DNA of 64,000 nt from Octopus sinensis (taxonomy: Eukaryota). Below are positions 27,221-40,740 of this stretch, piece by piece. Within the stretch, counting starts at the first letter, position 1; every line of letters begins with the position of its first letter. Below the pieces are notes generated by a model. The model searched no databases, was not told where the DNA came from, and saw only the letters and a program-made list of their open reading frames with translations. Where the stretch lies: positions 65,546,464 through 65,610,463 of the forward strand of contig NC_043011.1 in the NCBI RefSeq assembly GCF_006345805.1. Direction: 5' to 3'. The position numbers and the translations under genes were made by a program.

Positions 27221-28523
27221 GAGATGGAGAGAGAAGGTTTCTTTACGTCAATTTGTGTGTTGAATAATAGACATTGCTAACAGGGGAGAGTCATTCCGTT
27301 TTAATGCCTTAATTGTTGAGGCATTAAAATAGAATCACTCTCCCCAAACGCAACAATTTTTCCATATATATTTATACTTTAAAACACAAGCACACACACT
27401 CACACACATACACACAAACATATATATATATAGGTACATATATACATATTGATGTATATATACATATATATCGATAGATAAATAGAGATAGATAGATAGA
27501 TTAAATACACTCTTTTTGATATGAATGCGTGTATTCAATGGAGTATATTATTTCTTTTATTCTTTCCTTTATTCGTCCCGGAATGAGGTTCATAGTCCTC
27601 TCAAATATACACATATGTAGAGACACACTCCGAAGTCTACAAATCCTCAGGACATGTATTTTCCTTTTGATTGTCCTCTCCTCCGACTGTTCTATATTGT
27701 TGGGATTTTCCGCGACTGTTTTTAAAAGTCTATAAAATCCTGCCGTAAAATAACACCCTGTTATTTTCAATGTTTCACATTTCCTCCATTAAAATATCTA
27801 TGAGATATGCCGGATAAAACATTTTCATTATCAAAGTGGAAATTGTCCTATTGCATCTTCGACAGACAACTTTTATTTTTTCTATCATATTTCAGTCTAT
27901 AGTATGTAAAATATTTCAGCCTACACACAAGAAATGCTAATAAATATATATTTACAATTTTCAGATATATGAGACGAACTTGTAATTGAAACGAAATTGA
28001 ACGAATTTAGAAAATGACGAATAATTCAACTAAAAATTTAAAGGAATATCTCCATTCCAAGAAGGTTTGTAACTAGAATTTCAGCAACAAAAATACGTAT
28101 TTATTATCACTAACAAAACATAAATATTCTGGTTGATAAACATTAACCTCCGAACATCCCCAAAATACAAGCTTTTAAGATATCTGAATGTCATAGACAA
28201 GGGAGGCAAATCGCCTCCAATCTCATTCTTATGTGATGAACACCGAACGAATAAAGCACATATATTGAGTATCTACAGTCTATAATATTGACAGTATTAG
28301 TGCTGGCTTCAGTTCCAAATTGAACTTAACATTACATATCCATTTCCCTTGCATACCAGCAGTTTGTTCGTACACAACTTGTATTTAGACAGAGATTCGC
28401 AAGTCGATTACAGTACGCGATATTCGTAAGCAACACAAGAGGCGAAATATCGGCACTCACCCCTCGTCAATAGCACTGGTGTCAACTATCTTAACTGTCT
28501 CCGATTATCTGCTGATTTCATAC

Positions 28524-28553
28524 CCTGTGCCATGAGGGAGTTGTCACGAAATC
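28524..28553 (-). CDS. Candidate downstream exon of paralogue 1 (DFVTTPSWHR, or extended to a 28461 donor with stop DFVTTPSWHRV*)
   Basis: Acceptor ttgcggttttag; alternative donors AGG|GTATGA (28523) and GGG|GTGAGTGCC (28460). The GTGAGTGCC donor also occurs at 61458. Confidence 0.35.
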
Positions 28554-29663
28554 CTAAAACCGCAACAAACCGGCAATAAAGTATAACACATACATTCATT
28601 TTGTGGGCTCGATGATGTTTACAAATTTAGAGTTGCCTTTAATTCTGATTAATATTTAAACACTAAATAATGTAGAAATTTAAAATTATAGGAACGCGTA
28701 AAACAAATATATAAGTATGTATTTCATGAGTTTATTCATTCCAAGTATTGATACATTTCCAACTTACAAGATTCATTCATCGAAACGACACAGTGAATAT
28801 TGCAATCAAAATACTATTTCAAACTTGTACCTTGTTAAGTATTAATAAGGTAACCACAAGTGCCGAAAGAAATGCTGTTGAATGAGTAGCCACCTGTAAA
28901 AAGAATAGGAATATATGTTAGGCATATGTATTGTAAGTACTGTCATGTGAATTATGGAAGTGTGTTAGTGTGTAGATATTTTGATTAATCAAAAGATACT
29001 ATGGGACACAGTATGTAGATGTGCTTTTTTTAAACATTTGATGTTTTAAAGAAATGACCGAAGAACATACTAGAAAAGACAAGCAGACTGAAAACGATAT
29101 CATCACTGACCAGTCTTCCGTGACATGGATAAAGGAAAAGAGAGATGAAATTATGGTGAAGTGTGTGACTGTGCTATTCCTCTCATGGAAAGATAGCTGA
29201 CTTGGCTACGTATAGCTCCAAAATTGTCGATGGATTCATACTAAATGTATGTAGTACCAGTCTTTTCTTTGCAAGGTAAAATTATTTTAATGCGTATTTC
29301 ACCTCGTTTGTATCTTGATGAACGTATTATCATAGTTAATATGTGTTTATCGCAGTGATATAGACATTTTCACGGTATTCTATTTGTTTTCGCAGACCTA
29401 TGATAAAAAAAACATTAACTTGCAATGGATATATTACAACTATATAATTCTAGTACTTTAATTATTGACAAAGTTGTTAGACACTGGTGCATATTACTAT
29501 AAAATATCTAATGGATACGCTGTAGATTCAGTGTGCATTGAGACATAATATTGTAATCATGATTGCAATAAACTTTTAATTTGTGAATCGTGCTGTAGAT
29601 TTGAAGTAGAATCAAGGAAAATGTAATTATTTGCCCTACAGTTATTAAAAAATAACAACCTAC

Positions 29664-29681
29664 ATTCTCTTGTCTACTAGA
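29664..29681 (-). CDS. 18-nt microexon, paralogue 1 (SSRQEN)
   Basis: gttttcttttcag|tctagtagacaagagaat|gtaggt; phase 0-0; at the same position in the duplicated intron as 62894-62914. Confidence 0.55.
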
Positions 29682-30312
29682 CTGAAAAGAAAACGGAAGT
29701 TCATCAATATGAGTGCCACAAAAGTGTATTTAATTTATCTTTGCATATATATATATGTATTAATTAGGATGATATTAATTTCATATTACAATGATCATTA
29801 ACAAATATTATTATTATATTTATATGTGATCAGTGATAATTGACGAGAATAACTAAATTTGCTGTCAGCTGTGTACATAAATAGTTGCAGTTGATTAAAT
29901 ATGATGCTATTAAAATACCACAGCCTGTTAATCCTAACTTACCGATACGACAAAAAGTGATGCGAAACATAACGCTAGCGAGTTATTTCGAAAATGAAGT
30001 ATTATCTTTCAAACGTAAGTTGATATGGAAACTAAATTTCAACGAGAGGCAGTCGCTGAGTTATATTTAATAAAACTAGTAAAATATATTTTTGGATTGA
30101 AGTGCTTTCCTCACAATGAAATAAGAGTTACAAATAGTTATCTTACAGCATAGTCTTTGTACATAAGGTCTACACCACATAAACATGAGGCACTCTTTAA
30201 GAACATTGAAACGATTTGTGATCCATGTAGCATAATATATCTGTAACATCTGCGTCATAATACACTGGCAAATAATTTAATGAAAAATGGTAGAGTTCTT
30301 ATGACTATAAGT

Positions 30313-30605
30313 TGAGGCGCAATGGCCTAGTGGTTAGGGAAGCTGACTCATGGTCGAAGGATGGCGGTTTCGATTTCCAGACTGGGCGTTGTGTGTGTTC
30401 ATTGAGCGACAGCCCCTAAAATCTCCACGAGGCTCCGGCAGGGGGTGGTGGCGACCCCTGTTATACTCTTTCGCCACAACTTTCTCTCACTCTCTCTTCC
30501 TGTTTCTTGCGCAACGCGCCCTGTCCAGCTGGGGGGAATATAGACACCACGGAAACCGGGAAACCGGGCCCAGGAGCCTGACTAGGCTTGAAAAGGGCGA
30601 AAAAA
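30313..30605 (+). mobile_element. tRNA-derived composite SINE
   Basis: ggcgcaatggcctagtgg A box and ggtttcgatttcc B box; middle part shared with 46166-46220; absent from the paralogous intron at ~63450. Confidence 0.75.
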
Positions 30606-30810
30606 CGACTATATATATTTGATGGTTTAACATGATTAGGGTAAATCTGCTTTGTTTGGCCCTAGTGTCAAAAGATGCGTTTAGTGTATCAAAATATATG
30701 TCTGTTGACGATATTTTATTCATAACCACGCCTGTCGTTGGTAATCGTTCTCTGTATCAAAGTTAACCTTTTATTTCTACCACAACAATGGCATCGATGC
30801 AAAACTAATA

Positions 30811-31374
30811 TGTTGTGTTGTCGGGAAAGTTCGTGCCGATTAATAATAGCCAAGCTTTCGACTTATTTCAGAATGCGGTTGAGTCCGTAAAGTAGGATTT
30901 GACTGCCCTCGATTTAGAGCACAGCTTAAGCTATCTTTTCGTGGAAGAAGGTTTATTTTCCTATAAACTGTGTTAATTCTGTAACCCTTTAAAATGGAAG
31001 ATAAGAAAGTTCATTTTCGGCACTTGATGCTTTGGAAATCAGGCAAAAATTGCTGCAGCTCGCCTGGGATGTGTTACCCCACCCTCCATATTCACCAGAT
31101 ATTGCTCCTTCGGATGTCCACTTATTCAGGTCTCTGCAGAATAGTCTTAATGGTAAAAATTTCAATTCCTTGGATGGCGTAAACAGATACCTTGATGAAT
31201 TCTTTGCCATGAAACCACCTCAATTCTGGGAAGAGGGCATTTTCAAGTTAAACGAAAGATGGAGACGCATTGTGCAACAAAATGGTTCATATATGGTTGA
31301 TATGTAATGACAAGTATTCATTTACACTTTACTTTCCTTTAAAAATCGGCACAAATTTTCCGGACAACCCAATA
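30811..31374 (+). mobile_element. Internally deleted mariner element
   Basis: TIRs ttg(g/t)gttgtc(c/g)ggaaa; start MEDKKVHFRHLM fused to C-terminal VLPHPPYSPDIAPSDVHLFRSLQNSL...W..IVQQNGSY. Confidence 0.9.
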
Positions 31375-31594
31375 TTATGTATTAGTGCTATATTAAGAAT
31401 AAGCAGCAATATCATTTTAAAGTCTGCGATTGCTGATTTCCGGAATTGGTCATTATGTTTTGTTTGGCGCGTCCGGAGGCATTTCGTAGACGCCTAATAA
31501 ATATCAGAGAACAACATATCTTTCCGAAAGAAAGCTTTTATTTGAGGAATCAGATTGAAAGTAAGACAATATCAAAGAGTGAAACGTAACTTAC

Positions 31595-31682
31595 GTTGTG
31601 GCAGGGGTGAGCCACTCTAAATAATTCGTAACATTCCGTGTCATCTATACGCGCAGCACAGTGCAGGAAATGTCTGTAACTA
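31595..31682 (-). CDS. 88-nt Cys-rich exon, paralogue 1: (C)SYRHFLHCAARIDDTECYELFRVAHPCHN
   Basis: ttccgttttgcag acceptor and GTAAGT donor; phase 2 to 0; gapless alignment with 11 of 28 identical residues to 63870-63954, including all Cys. Confidence 0.72.
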
Positions 31683-32368
31683 CTGCAAAACGGAAGACAA
31701 TTTGGGAAGATCATTTACAAAACGAACATTCAATCTCTACACAGAAAATAAAAGATCAGTGTCAGTTCGATGCCAGATATGTTAAACTATTGTTTGTAAG
31801 GCGACAAAATATAATTACAAAGAAAAATCATATTTTGAAAGAGAAAATATATATATTAACATCACCCGTTGTACTGTAAAGAAATGTATTACTTAAAGAG
31901 GTTTCGATTAAGAGATATTGAAAATTAGCATACATGATCTCAGTAGTAAATGCACGAACTATTTTGCATTTGAATAACAAAGCAGAATTTGGAATTGGGA
32001 TAGGATTGGGTGACCTGATGGATAACAGCCAGGTACATGCTAACAGGTAATCGGAAAGTCCGAATGGAAATTAAAGTATTACTATGGATGGAAGTAATGA
32101 CTTCAAAAATTAAAAGAATCAAAGGGGCGAGGTACTCTTGGATGACAAAGTTTGAATGGCGATGACTTCACCATCATTTCGATTTACGTCTTTGTTATTT
32201 CGTTGTGATCTATGATTTTAGCGTTGTACAGAAGAAACGTTTTCCAAAGAGATATTATTTATCTCTCCACAACAGTTTGAAGGTATTCAGTAAGACTGTT
32301 AAATAAACAGTGCAAGGATTACCCCGAAGGAAACTGTTAGTGTAGATCTCCTTTTTATATGCGTCAAT

Positions 32369-32407
<39 letters not shown>

Positions 32408-32412
32408 TCAAT

Positions 32413-32466
<54 letters not shown>

Positions 32467-32660
32467 AATATTAGGGAATATATCCAAATTTACAGGGAAA
32501 AAAAATCAGATTTAGATTAAATCCAATTTATAGTAAAATATTATAAATATTATTTGAGACAAAACCACTATTTTGCAAAACAAACAAGGAAGACTTAATC
32601 AATACATAAAATTTAATAAATAGTTTTTTGTTTTGCAAAATAGTGGTTTTGTCTCAATAA

Positions 32661-32720
<60 letters not shown>

Positions 32721-33426
32721 CATAATTAAAAAGGGTAATAACATAAGTTATTATTACCAGTGGCCTAGCACAAAAAACGAATTAGTCATTAGACAATATA
32801 TTTTTCGTATAGAAATATAATAAAGGCTCCCAAATAAGGAAGCAAGTGCTAGAAACACAAAGATGGATAAATTCATCAAAGGAATGAAAATCAAAAGCAT
32901 TTACCATTATAGATGTATCCCAGACTGATCAGTTTCTACCTCTTTCTAGCAAAACATACAGAATATGTTTGCCCAGGCAAGATTCGTTAGTGGGTAGCCT
33001 TCCAAATCCTAGATGCATAGAGCATTAGAACACGTGTAGCTCTAACGGTTTGTAAATATTAACTTTCAAAACCTCCGCGCAGACGCAAAACATACCCGGC
33101 GGCCGAGAGCATGTCGGTAAATGATTTTACGAACAAATTTATCAATTAATATGTAAACATAATTAAAAAGGGTAATAACATAAGTTATTATAATCAGTGG
33201 CCTAGCACAAAAGTCGAATTAGTCACTAGACAATATATTTATACATATATATAGTTGTCTGAAGGCAATGGTTTAAACTAATAGCGATGATGTTGAATAA
33301 TCCTACTTTTTTAGTATTTGAAGATATTTTTATGTAATTTTAGGAAATATATCCGTTAAAATGAAAGGTATCATTTTCATTTTTGCGAAGATTAGACGAG
33401 AATTTATTCACCACACCTTGTATACA

Positions 33427-33469
<43 letters not shown>

Positions 33470-33791
33470 ACTCACAAACGCACACGCACATACACACACA
33501 CACACACACAGATATAATATATCATATTTTCATTTGTCTCAGTTATTTGACTGCATCCATGCTGGAGCACCATATGTTTTTTAGTCGAAGAAATAAACCC
33601 GAGAACTCCCTCTCTGAAAGCAAAGTAGTTATTCTGTCACTCTTTAGATAAACCGCTTCGTAACGACACGTACGAACATCAAAAACGATTGCTAAGCGAT
33701 AGAGGAAGGTACAGCAGAGAAACAAAAGATACATACACATGAATAGGAATATATACTTACATATATGTATATATATTTATATATATATATA

Positions 33792-35247
33792 TAGTGAATG
33801 GAATAAATGGAGTTGAACGAAGATTGTACAGAATACCTTTTATTACATTCTACACATGTTTCGAAGGCCACAAATTTCCAAATTCTCTTTAAATAAGGGT
33901 ACCATATTGCGGCTTTCTCTTCAGGAAAAAACAGGAATTCCGTTGACAGGACAAAACAAAACAGAGGCATAGCAATTCGAACGAAGATGGTCCTTAGGAG
34001 CCCATGGCTGAACTGTTTATCAATGTACGTTGAAATCGGGGATTTGGTGCGTTGAAGATATCTACAGGTCAAGCGGCGGTCAGATCTAGTCGGTGGAAGC
34101 AAGGGGTGTGGGGATGCTCTGTGTGACCAACACTAATGTTCTGAAAAATTTAAGAATACTGGGTGTATTTTTGGGGGCGAGACAAAAGCCTCCTATAAGC
34201 ATGTATGTGTGTCATGGCCTATGTGTGCGTGGTCGTGTGCTGGCGAGGGGGCTACAAAATGACCACTGCTGAAAAAACCAGTCAAGCGGCTGAAAGAATT
34301 TTTTGTGTTCGTGTGTTCGACTCGGCCTGCTTGTCAAAATTTAACATCGTCAAAGAATCCTAATGGCATATATAGTTCCACGCCTAATGGGAGTAATTTC
34401 CCCTTGCAAGGGTTATTCATAGATTTCTTAAAAAGCTTTTTCAAAAATTATTTCCAAAGATTATTTTCATTTTAGTAGGGTAACTAGGTGTTAATAGTCT
34501 TAGGTATCATTTATATGTAAGATATGTATGACGCCTCCAATGGGGACATCGAAAAGCCGACTGTAAAAGACCATTTACCAACCGGTCTCTGACGAACAAT
34601 ATGTGGAAAAGCTCAGAGATACAAAGATTGCACCGCCTTCTGCCCCTATCAAATGGGAGGGCCACCGACAAAATCGACCATTTTGACGATGTTCAATTTT
34701 GGTAAGCAGGCCGAGTCGAACACTCGAACACAAACAATTCTTTCAGCCGCTTGACTGGTTTTTTCAGCAGTGGTCATTTTGTAGCCCCCCTCGCCAGCAC
34801 ACGACCACGCACACATAGGCCATGACACACATACATGCTTATAGGAGGCTTTTGTCTCGCCCCCAAAAATACACCCAGTATACTTAAATTTTTCAGAACA
34901 TTAGTGTTGGTCACACAGAGCATCCCCACACCCCTTGCTTCCACCGACTAGATCTGACCGCCGCCTGACCTGTAGATATCTTCAACGCACCAAATCACCG
35001 ATTTCAACGTACATTGATAAACAGTTCAGCCATGGGCTCCTAAGGACCATCTTCGTTCGAATTGCTGTGCCTCTGTTTTGTTTTGTCCTGTCAATGGAAT
35101 TCCTGTTTTTTTTCCTGAAGAGAAAGCCGCAATATGGTACCCTTATTTAAAGAGAATTTGGAAATTGGTGGCCTTCGAAACATGTGTAGAATGTAATAAA
35201 AGGTATTCTGTACAATCTTCGTTCAACTCCATTTATTCCATTCACTA
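33792..35247. mobile_element. Foldback element, ~565-bp inverted arms around a ~330-bp spacer, one hammerhead per arm
   Basis: 33792-34354 is the near-identical reverse complement of 34682-35247. Confidence 0.85.
35112..35191 (+). ncRNA. Candidate type I hammerhead, right arm (mirror copy 33848-33927 on minus)
   Basis: TTC-CTGAAGA-GAAAGCC...GGCCTTC-GAAA-CATGTG-TA-GAA: canonical core, 6/7-bp stem II base, GTA triplet, but stem I only 3 bp. Confidence 0.55.
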
Positions 35248-36048
35248 ATAATATTAAACTTCAATTATCCGCTCCAACGCACGGTTGCAACACCAATGGT
35301 CTTATCTCCAACCGTGCTGTTTTCCGCTGTGATTTTTGCTACCCAGGTACCGGTTAAACCTTTGAATAATCTGTTACAAGAAAATTCATCTTTCTATTTC
35401 AACACATATATATATATATATATGTATGTATATATATATGTATATGTCCATGTGCACATTTACATGCTCATATACACATCTCTATACACACCTACGCATA
35501 TACATACACACGTATATGCATATATGTACATATTTATAGAGGTAAATATATATATATATATATGTATATATATTATATTAAATTATAGATAAAATCACTG
35601 TTAGGCAAATCAAACAGTGAAAAATATAAGCCAATACATAAAATTAATTAAAAATATAAAAGTTAACTCTTTATCTTTTATTAAACTTTTAATACTTTTG
35701 ATATATATATATATATAAATAAAAATAAATAGATAAATAAACTAATTAATTAATTAATTAATTAATTCATAAAATAATATATAAAAATAAAAATATACAT
35801 ACATATATATATTTGTATATATATATAAAACTTATAAGTTTAAAGTATTTAAATAATTTTTTTATTTTTAACTTTTATATTTTTAAGTAATTTTATGTAT
35901 TGGCTTATGTTTTTCAGTTTGTTTTGCCTAATAGTGATTTTATCTATAATTTAATATAATATAATATAATATATTTATACTATAAAATTGGATTTAATCC
36001 TAAATCTCATTTTTCCCTGTAAGTTTGGATTTATTCCCTAATATTATT

Positions 36049-36080
<32 letters not shown>

Positions 36081-36083
<3 letters not shown>

Positions 36084-39000
36084 CACCTTGATCACGTTGA
36101 CCGACCAGTCCGTCAGGCGTCCATTTGACACTGCTGGTCACAGCACGCTGTCCACTCCTCTCCGGAACGCCCCTTTCTCATCCACGTGATCCCAATCGTC
36201 CTCCTGAAATCGTAACTCCACCGTCGTGGAAGCCTTCCGGGTGGTCGATTCCGCTCGCGCGCGTTCAACTAGACAACTACGAGGGTCCAGCGATTATCGC
36301 TGAGCCGGGCGACGTGTCTAGCAAATCTATATTTGCTGCGTGTATACTCTGCGATGACATCTCTCACGGCGGACTTCTTTCTGATGATCTCGCTACTGAT
36401 GTGCTCTCTCAACCAGATACAAAGCATTGAGCTTTCCATGGCTCTTTGAGCCGTTACCAGTCACTGCTCTTCTCTCTTTGTTGTAGCCCATCTTTCACAG
36501 CCATATAACATTGTACGTATAACTGTACTGTTGATGAGGTTGGCGCGGGTGGTCCTGTCCAACCTTCCCTTGAGCACATCCCATATGCCATTAAACCCCT
36601 TCTATCCGGCCCTTACTCTCCGTGAGATCTCCTTTTCGATATCTCGGCACATATTCACTTCCTGTCCCAGGTCCACATATTCCTTTACATCCTCTATTTC
36701 ATCACGACCGATCACCATTCGCTCTGTTGTTACGTTGTCTGACCGCATGAACTTTGCTTTCATGCGGTTCATCTTGAGACCTACTGCAGAGCTTTTGATG
36801 TCGAGCTCCGTCAGCATGGTCTGAAGCTGATCCGTGTTTTCAGCGATGAGTACGATGTCGTCAGCGAAACGGAGATGGGTGAGGAGCTCGCCATTGATGT
36901 TGACACCGCCTTGCCAATCGATGCCTCTGATGATCTGTTCAAGACATACAGTAAAAAGTTTTGGGGAGATCGTATCTCCTTGCTTCACTCCCTTCTCGAC
37001 CGGCACTCATGGGTGATGACAGCAGATGTATGTCGGTGGTGCATCCGGAATTTGCCTCCCTCTGCAGTTGCACATATTGCGCCTCGACTCCTTGCCTCTG
37101 CAGCGAGTTCAGCACTGCGTTGGTTTCGACGCTGTCGAAGGCCTTCTCATAGTCTACAAACGCAACGCAAAGAGGCAGCTTGTACTCATTCGCTCGCTCG
37201 AGCAGTTGTGTTAGAGTAAATATATGGTCCATCGTGCTGTAGTTTTTTTCCGGAAGCCGGCTTGTTCCGTCGGTTGTTGTTCGTCAAGATGACGTGATAA
37301 CCTGTTCAGAAGTATCTTCGTGAACAGCTTGTACACGTGAGACAACAGGCATATCGATCGATAGTTCTTTAGATCTTCTCTATTGCCTTTCTTATATAGC
37401 AGGATGGTATTTGACTCTTTCACTTCCCTCGTCTAGATAGTGCGTAAATCGGTCAGCGAGGATTTTCCAGAGCTGCTCTCAGCCTGACTTTGGCACCTTC
37501 GATGTTATACCGTCTTTCCATGGCGCCTTTCCGTTTTTTCATCTAGCCGATGGCTCTTTCAACCTCACTGACAAGGATAGGTGGCATAATTTCTTCCTGT
37601 TGGAGTGGTGGCAACAGCTGTACACTTCTGGTAGACTTAAAGAGCTTGGTGTAGCAGTTTTTGCAAACATTTTCCATCTCGCTCTTATCGTTGACCGATA
37701 TTGCATCTGTATTTTTGAGGGCCGTCACCTACGATCTATATAGTACCATGTCCCTCTTACATTTCTTGAGGCTCTTCTTTTCCTCAAAGTCTTTCTTTAG
37801 TTGCTGAAGAATCACTCTGATGAGAAGGGAATATTCAAGGTGATCTTCAATAGTCCTCTTCATATTTTTCCTCTTCTCGAGTAACTTCGTAGTTTCTTCC
37901 GAGATTCTTCCCTTCTTTTCTCTTGGGCCTACTCCCTTAGCCTTCCTTAAACACTCCTTCAGTTTCCCTATCAGTGAGTTGTAGTCATCGTCTATGTCGT
38001 CTCCTTGGATCCAGTCTTCCTGCATGATGGCTTCCTGCAGCTTTGCCTCGTTGTAGACTCGGACACGATTTCCTTTCGACGCCAAAATACAGCGCCATCT
38101 ACTCCCTCTTCCTGTCAATGAGACCCTCGCCCTCACCAGACGATGATCACTGCCGGTGTTAAATGGCGTCACGACGGAGACGTCATGTAACATGCGTCGC
38201 TTATCAACCAGGATAAAGTCGATCTCGCTTCGGTGCTTAGAGTTCGGCAATATCCAGGTCCATCTCTTACTCTCCCTCTTCCTGAAGGGGCTGTTTCCTA
38301 TGTAGAGCTGCCTCGCTTCTGCCATGGTAGCCAAAGTTCTCTTCCCTCGTTTCTCTCTCTCATGCCGAATCTCCCGACATACTCCTCCCCTTGTCGTCTA
38401 TGTCCAACCTTTGCGTTGATGTCTCCTATCACGACTGTAAGTGGACTTCACAGCCAGCGCTTTGTCTAGTTATCGATAGAATTCTTCCACCTCGTCATCG
38501 TCGCTGGCACTTGTGGTAGCATAGGTCTGGATAATCCTGAGGGTGGCCTTCCCTGAGAGGTTCACATTCATTACACCAATCCTATTTCTTTACTACCCAC
38601 AAGGGGCTAAACATGGAGGGGATAAACAAGGACAGACATAGGTATTAAGTCGATTACATCGACCCCAGTACGTAACTGGTACTTAATTTATCGACCCCCG
38701 AAAGGATGAAAGGCAAAGTCGACCTCGGCGGAATTTGAACTCACAACGTAACGTAGACGAAATACCGCTAAGCATTTCGCCCTGCGTGCTAGCGTTTCTG
38801 CCAGCTCGCCGCCTTATTACACCAATCCGTGAAGATATGAACTGGCAAGAAGTGACCCTCGAAGCCTATTCCTTACTTACGATAAATCCGATACCTCCGA
38901 CCGATCTAGCACCTTCTGCTCTTCCTAATCTCACAGTGCATCCATCTTGCCATCGTACACTCGCTTCCTTCTTCCAGCGTGTCTCGCACAGCCCTAACAC

Positions 39001-39484
39001 GTCGCACCTGACGTTCTTCCTCTCCTCCATTAGGTGGTTCAGTTCTTGCCACCCTGCCAAGGACCTGCAGTTGTAGGTGCATATGGCAAGATTAGTCCTG
39101 TTCCATGACGGCCCTCGGGAACCTGTGATTCTTAGTAGCCTCTCGTCGCACGAGTTTCACTCCGCCGTCATGAAGTGGCACTATTCTCGAGCAGGATACT
39201 GAGGCCCTTTTCCTTTTCTCTTCGTTCTTTCTTCGTGCTGTTTTAGCCATAAGATGACGCCATCCCACTGGCTGGGCGGGCAGGCCAGCATTTTGATGGA
39301 TGGCCGTTGACTGTTCAGGAGTTCATCCGCCCTTTGTTGGGGGTTATTTTTCATCCCACAGGGTGCCTAACAGCACCCTCCTCACCAAGCGAGCCTGGTG
39401 GGGTTGTCAGTTTAGTCGCCGACGTCCCGATCATGCAACATGTTGTACTGGATTCCATGTTACCAGTAGCGCTCTAGAGCCACC

Positions 39485-39488
<4 letters not shown>
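36081..39488 (-). mobile_element. RTE-clade LINE, near full length, decayed, flanked by (TA)n
   Basis: EN: DVLGLCETRW, GGIGF, EIDFIL, SDHRLV. RT: NYRSICLLS, EQAGFR, FVDYEKAFDSV, GVKQGDTISPKLF, HLRFADDIVL. Many frameshifts. Confidence 0.92.
38583..38815 (-). mobile_element. SINE family A inserted in the RTE endonuclease
   Basis: 13-bp TSD ATTACACCAATCC at 38570-38582 and 38816-38828. Confidence 0.9.
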
Positions 39489-39670
<182 letters not shown>

Positions 39671-40398
39671 CCTACCAAACAACACACCTACAACCGCAGA
39701 TATACAACCGTATTGCATACACATACGTATAAAGGAAGGAAATATGTGCATGACACTGGCCCTTATGCGCCGGATACAGTTGTACACTCATATACATACA
39801 TACATACAAGCGTGCGCATATATACACACGCACACACATACACATTTAATATATACATATATAACAATAAAAAACATGTTAAGAAGAATGCAAAACTTGT
39901 ACAGGGAAATAATATAAATGTAGGTGGTATCCGTGACAATTATTTTGTCATAGATGGGCATGATCCAAAATGTTCTGTTCTTCACGTCCATAAATTTGCC
40001 TTTAGTTTGTGACATAGGTAATAAGCCATACTATGGATGGGTGTTGTGTGTTAGTGAGATATATATATATATAGGTATATACTTCTTGAAATGATTGCAT
40101 TTGTATTTGTTTGCTAATAATACAAGTGATATTTAGTGTAGGACTTATAAGATAAATACCCGCAGTCATTTTCCTTATTCAGATAAGGTGTAAGTTCCAC
40201 AGAGCAATTGGGTTTTGCTTTATCCTTGCAAGTTTTCCACATACTCACGTTCTTGGCTTCTCCACCTAAAAATTGAAATAAAAATCTTATTTTATATTCA
40301 ATTGAACATTTCCACATCCATAGTGTGAATAGATATTACAGAATACATTTCATGTATTTAACCATTATACACAAAAAGAAAGCTGCAAGATTATATCG

Positions 40399-40740
40399 TA
40401 TTGGGTTGTTTGGAAATTTCGTGCCAATTTATAGTGACTTAGCTTTCGACTAATTTTAGAACATGGTGGAGCTCATAAAATAGGATTTGACTACACCTTC
40501 ATCTAGGGCACAGTTTAAGATACCTTTTCGTAGAAGAAGATTTTATGTTCATTGATGAATTCTTTGCCATGAAACCACCTCAGTTCTGAGAAGAGGGTAT
40601 TTTCAAATTAAAGCGAAGATGGATAGGCTTGTACAAAAAAAAATGGTTCATATTTGGTTGATTAAAAATGTAATGGCAAGTATTTATTGACTTCTTTCTT
40701 TCCTTTAAAATTCGGCACGAACTTTCCGGACAACCCAATA
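40399..40740 (+). mobile_element. Mariner-derived MITE, same family as 30811-31374
   Basis: TA-ttgggttgt...acaacccaa-TA; shares the 5' UTR and gatgaattctttgccatgaaaccacctc with the 31 kb copy. Confidence 0.88.

Larger units (their letters stand above)
29690..31730 (+). repeat. Diverged segmental paralogue of 62915-64000
   Basis: Colinear diverged blocks: 29710-30290 with 62950-63430, 30660-30810 with 63510-63650, and 31380-31730 with 63660-64000. Confidence 0.8.

Noticed and set aside
28360-28800. Additional small AG...GT candidates on the minus strand (21 nt near 28357-28377; ~46 nt near 28768-28813)
   Set aside because: Poor polypyrimidine tracts and no paralogous support.
32905-32935. 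GAAA-CTGATCAG-TC (minus) and the similar GAAA-CCATGG-TC at ~53170 as hammerheads
   Set aside because: Only the 3' half is present; no CUGANGA-like core at a compatible position.
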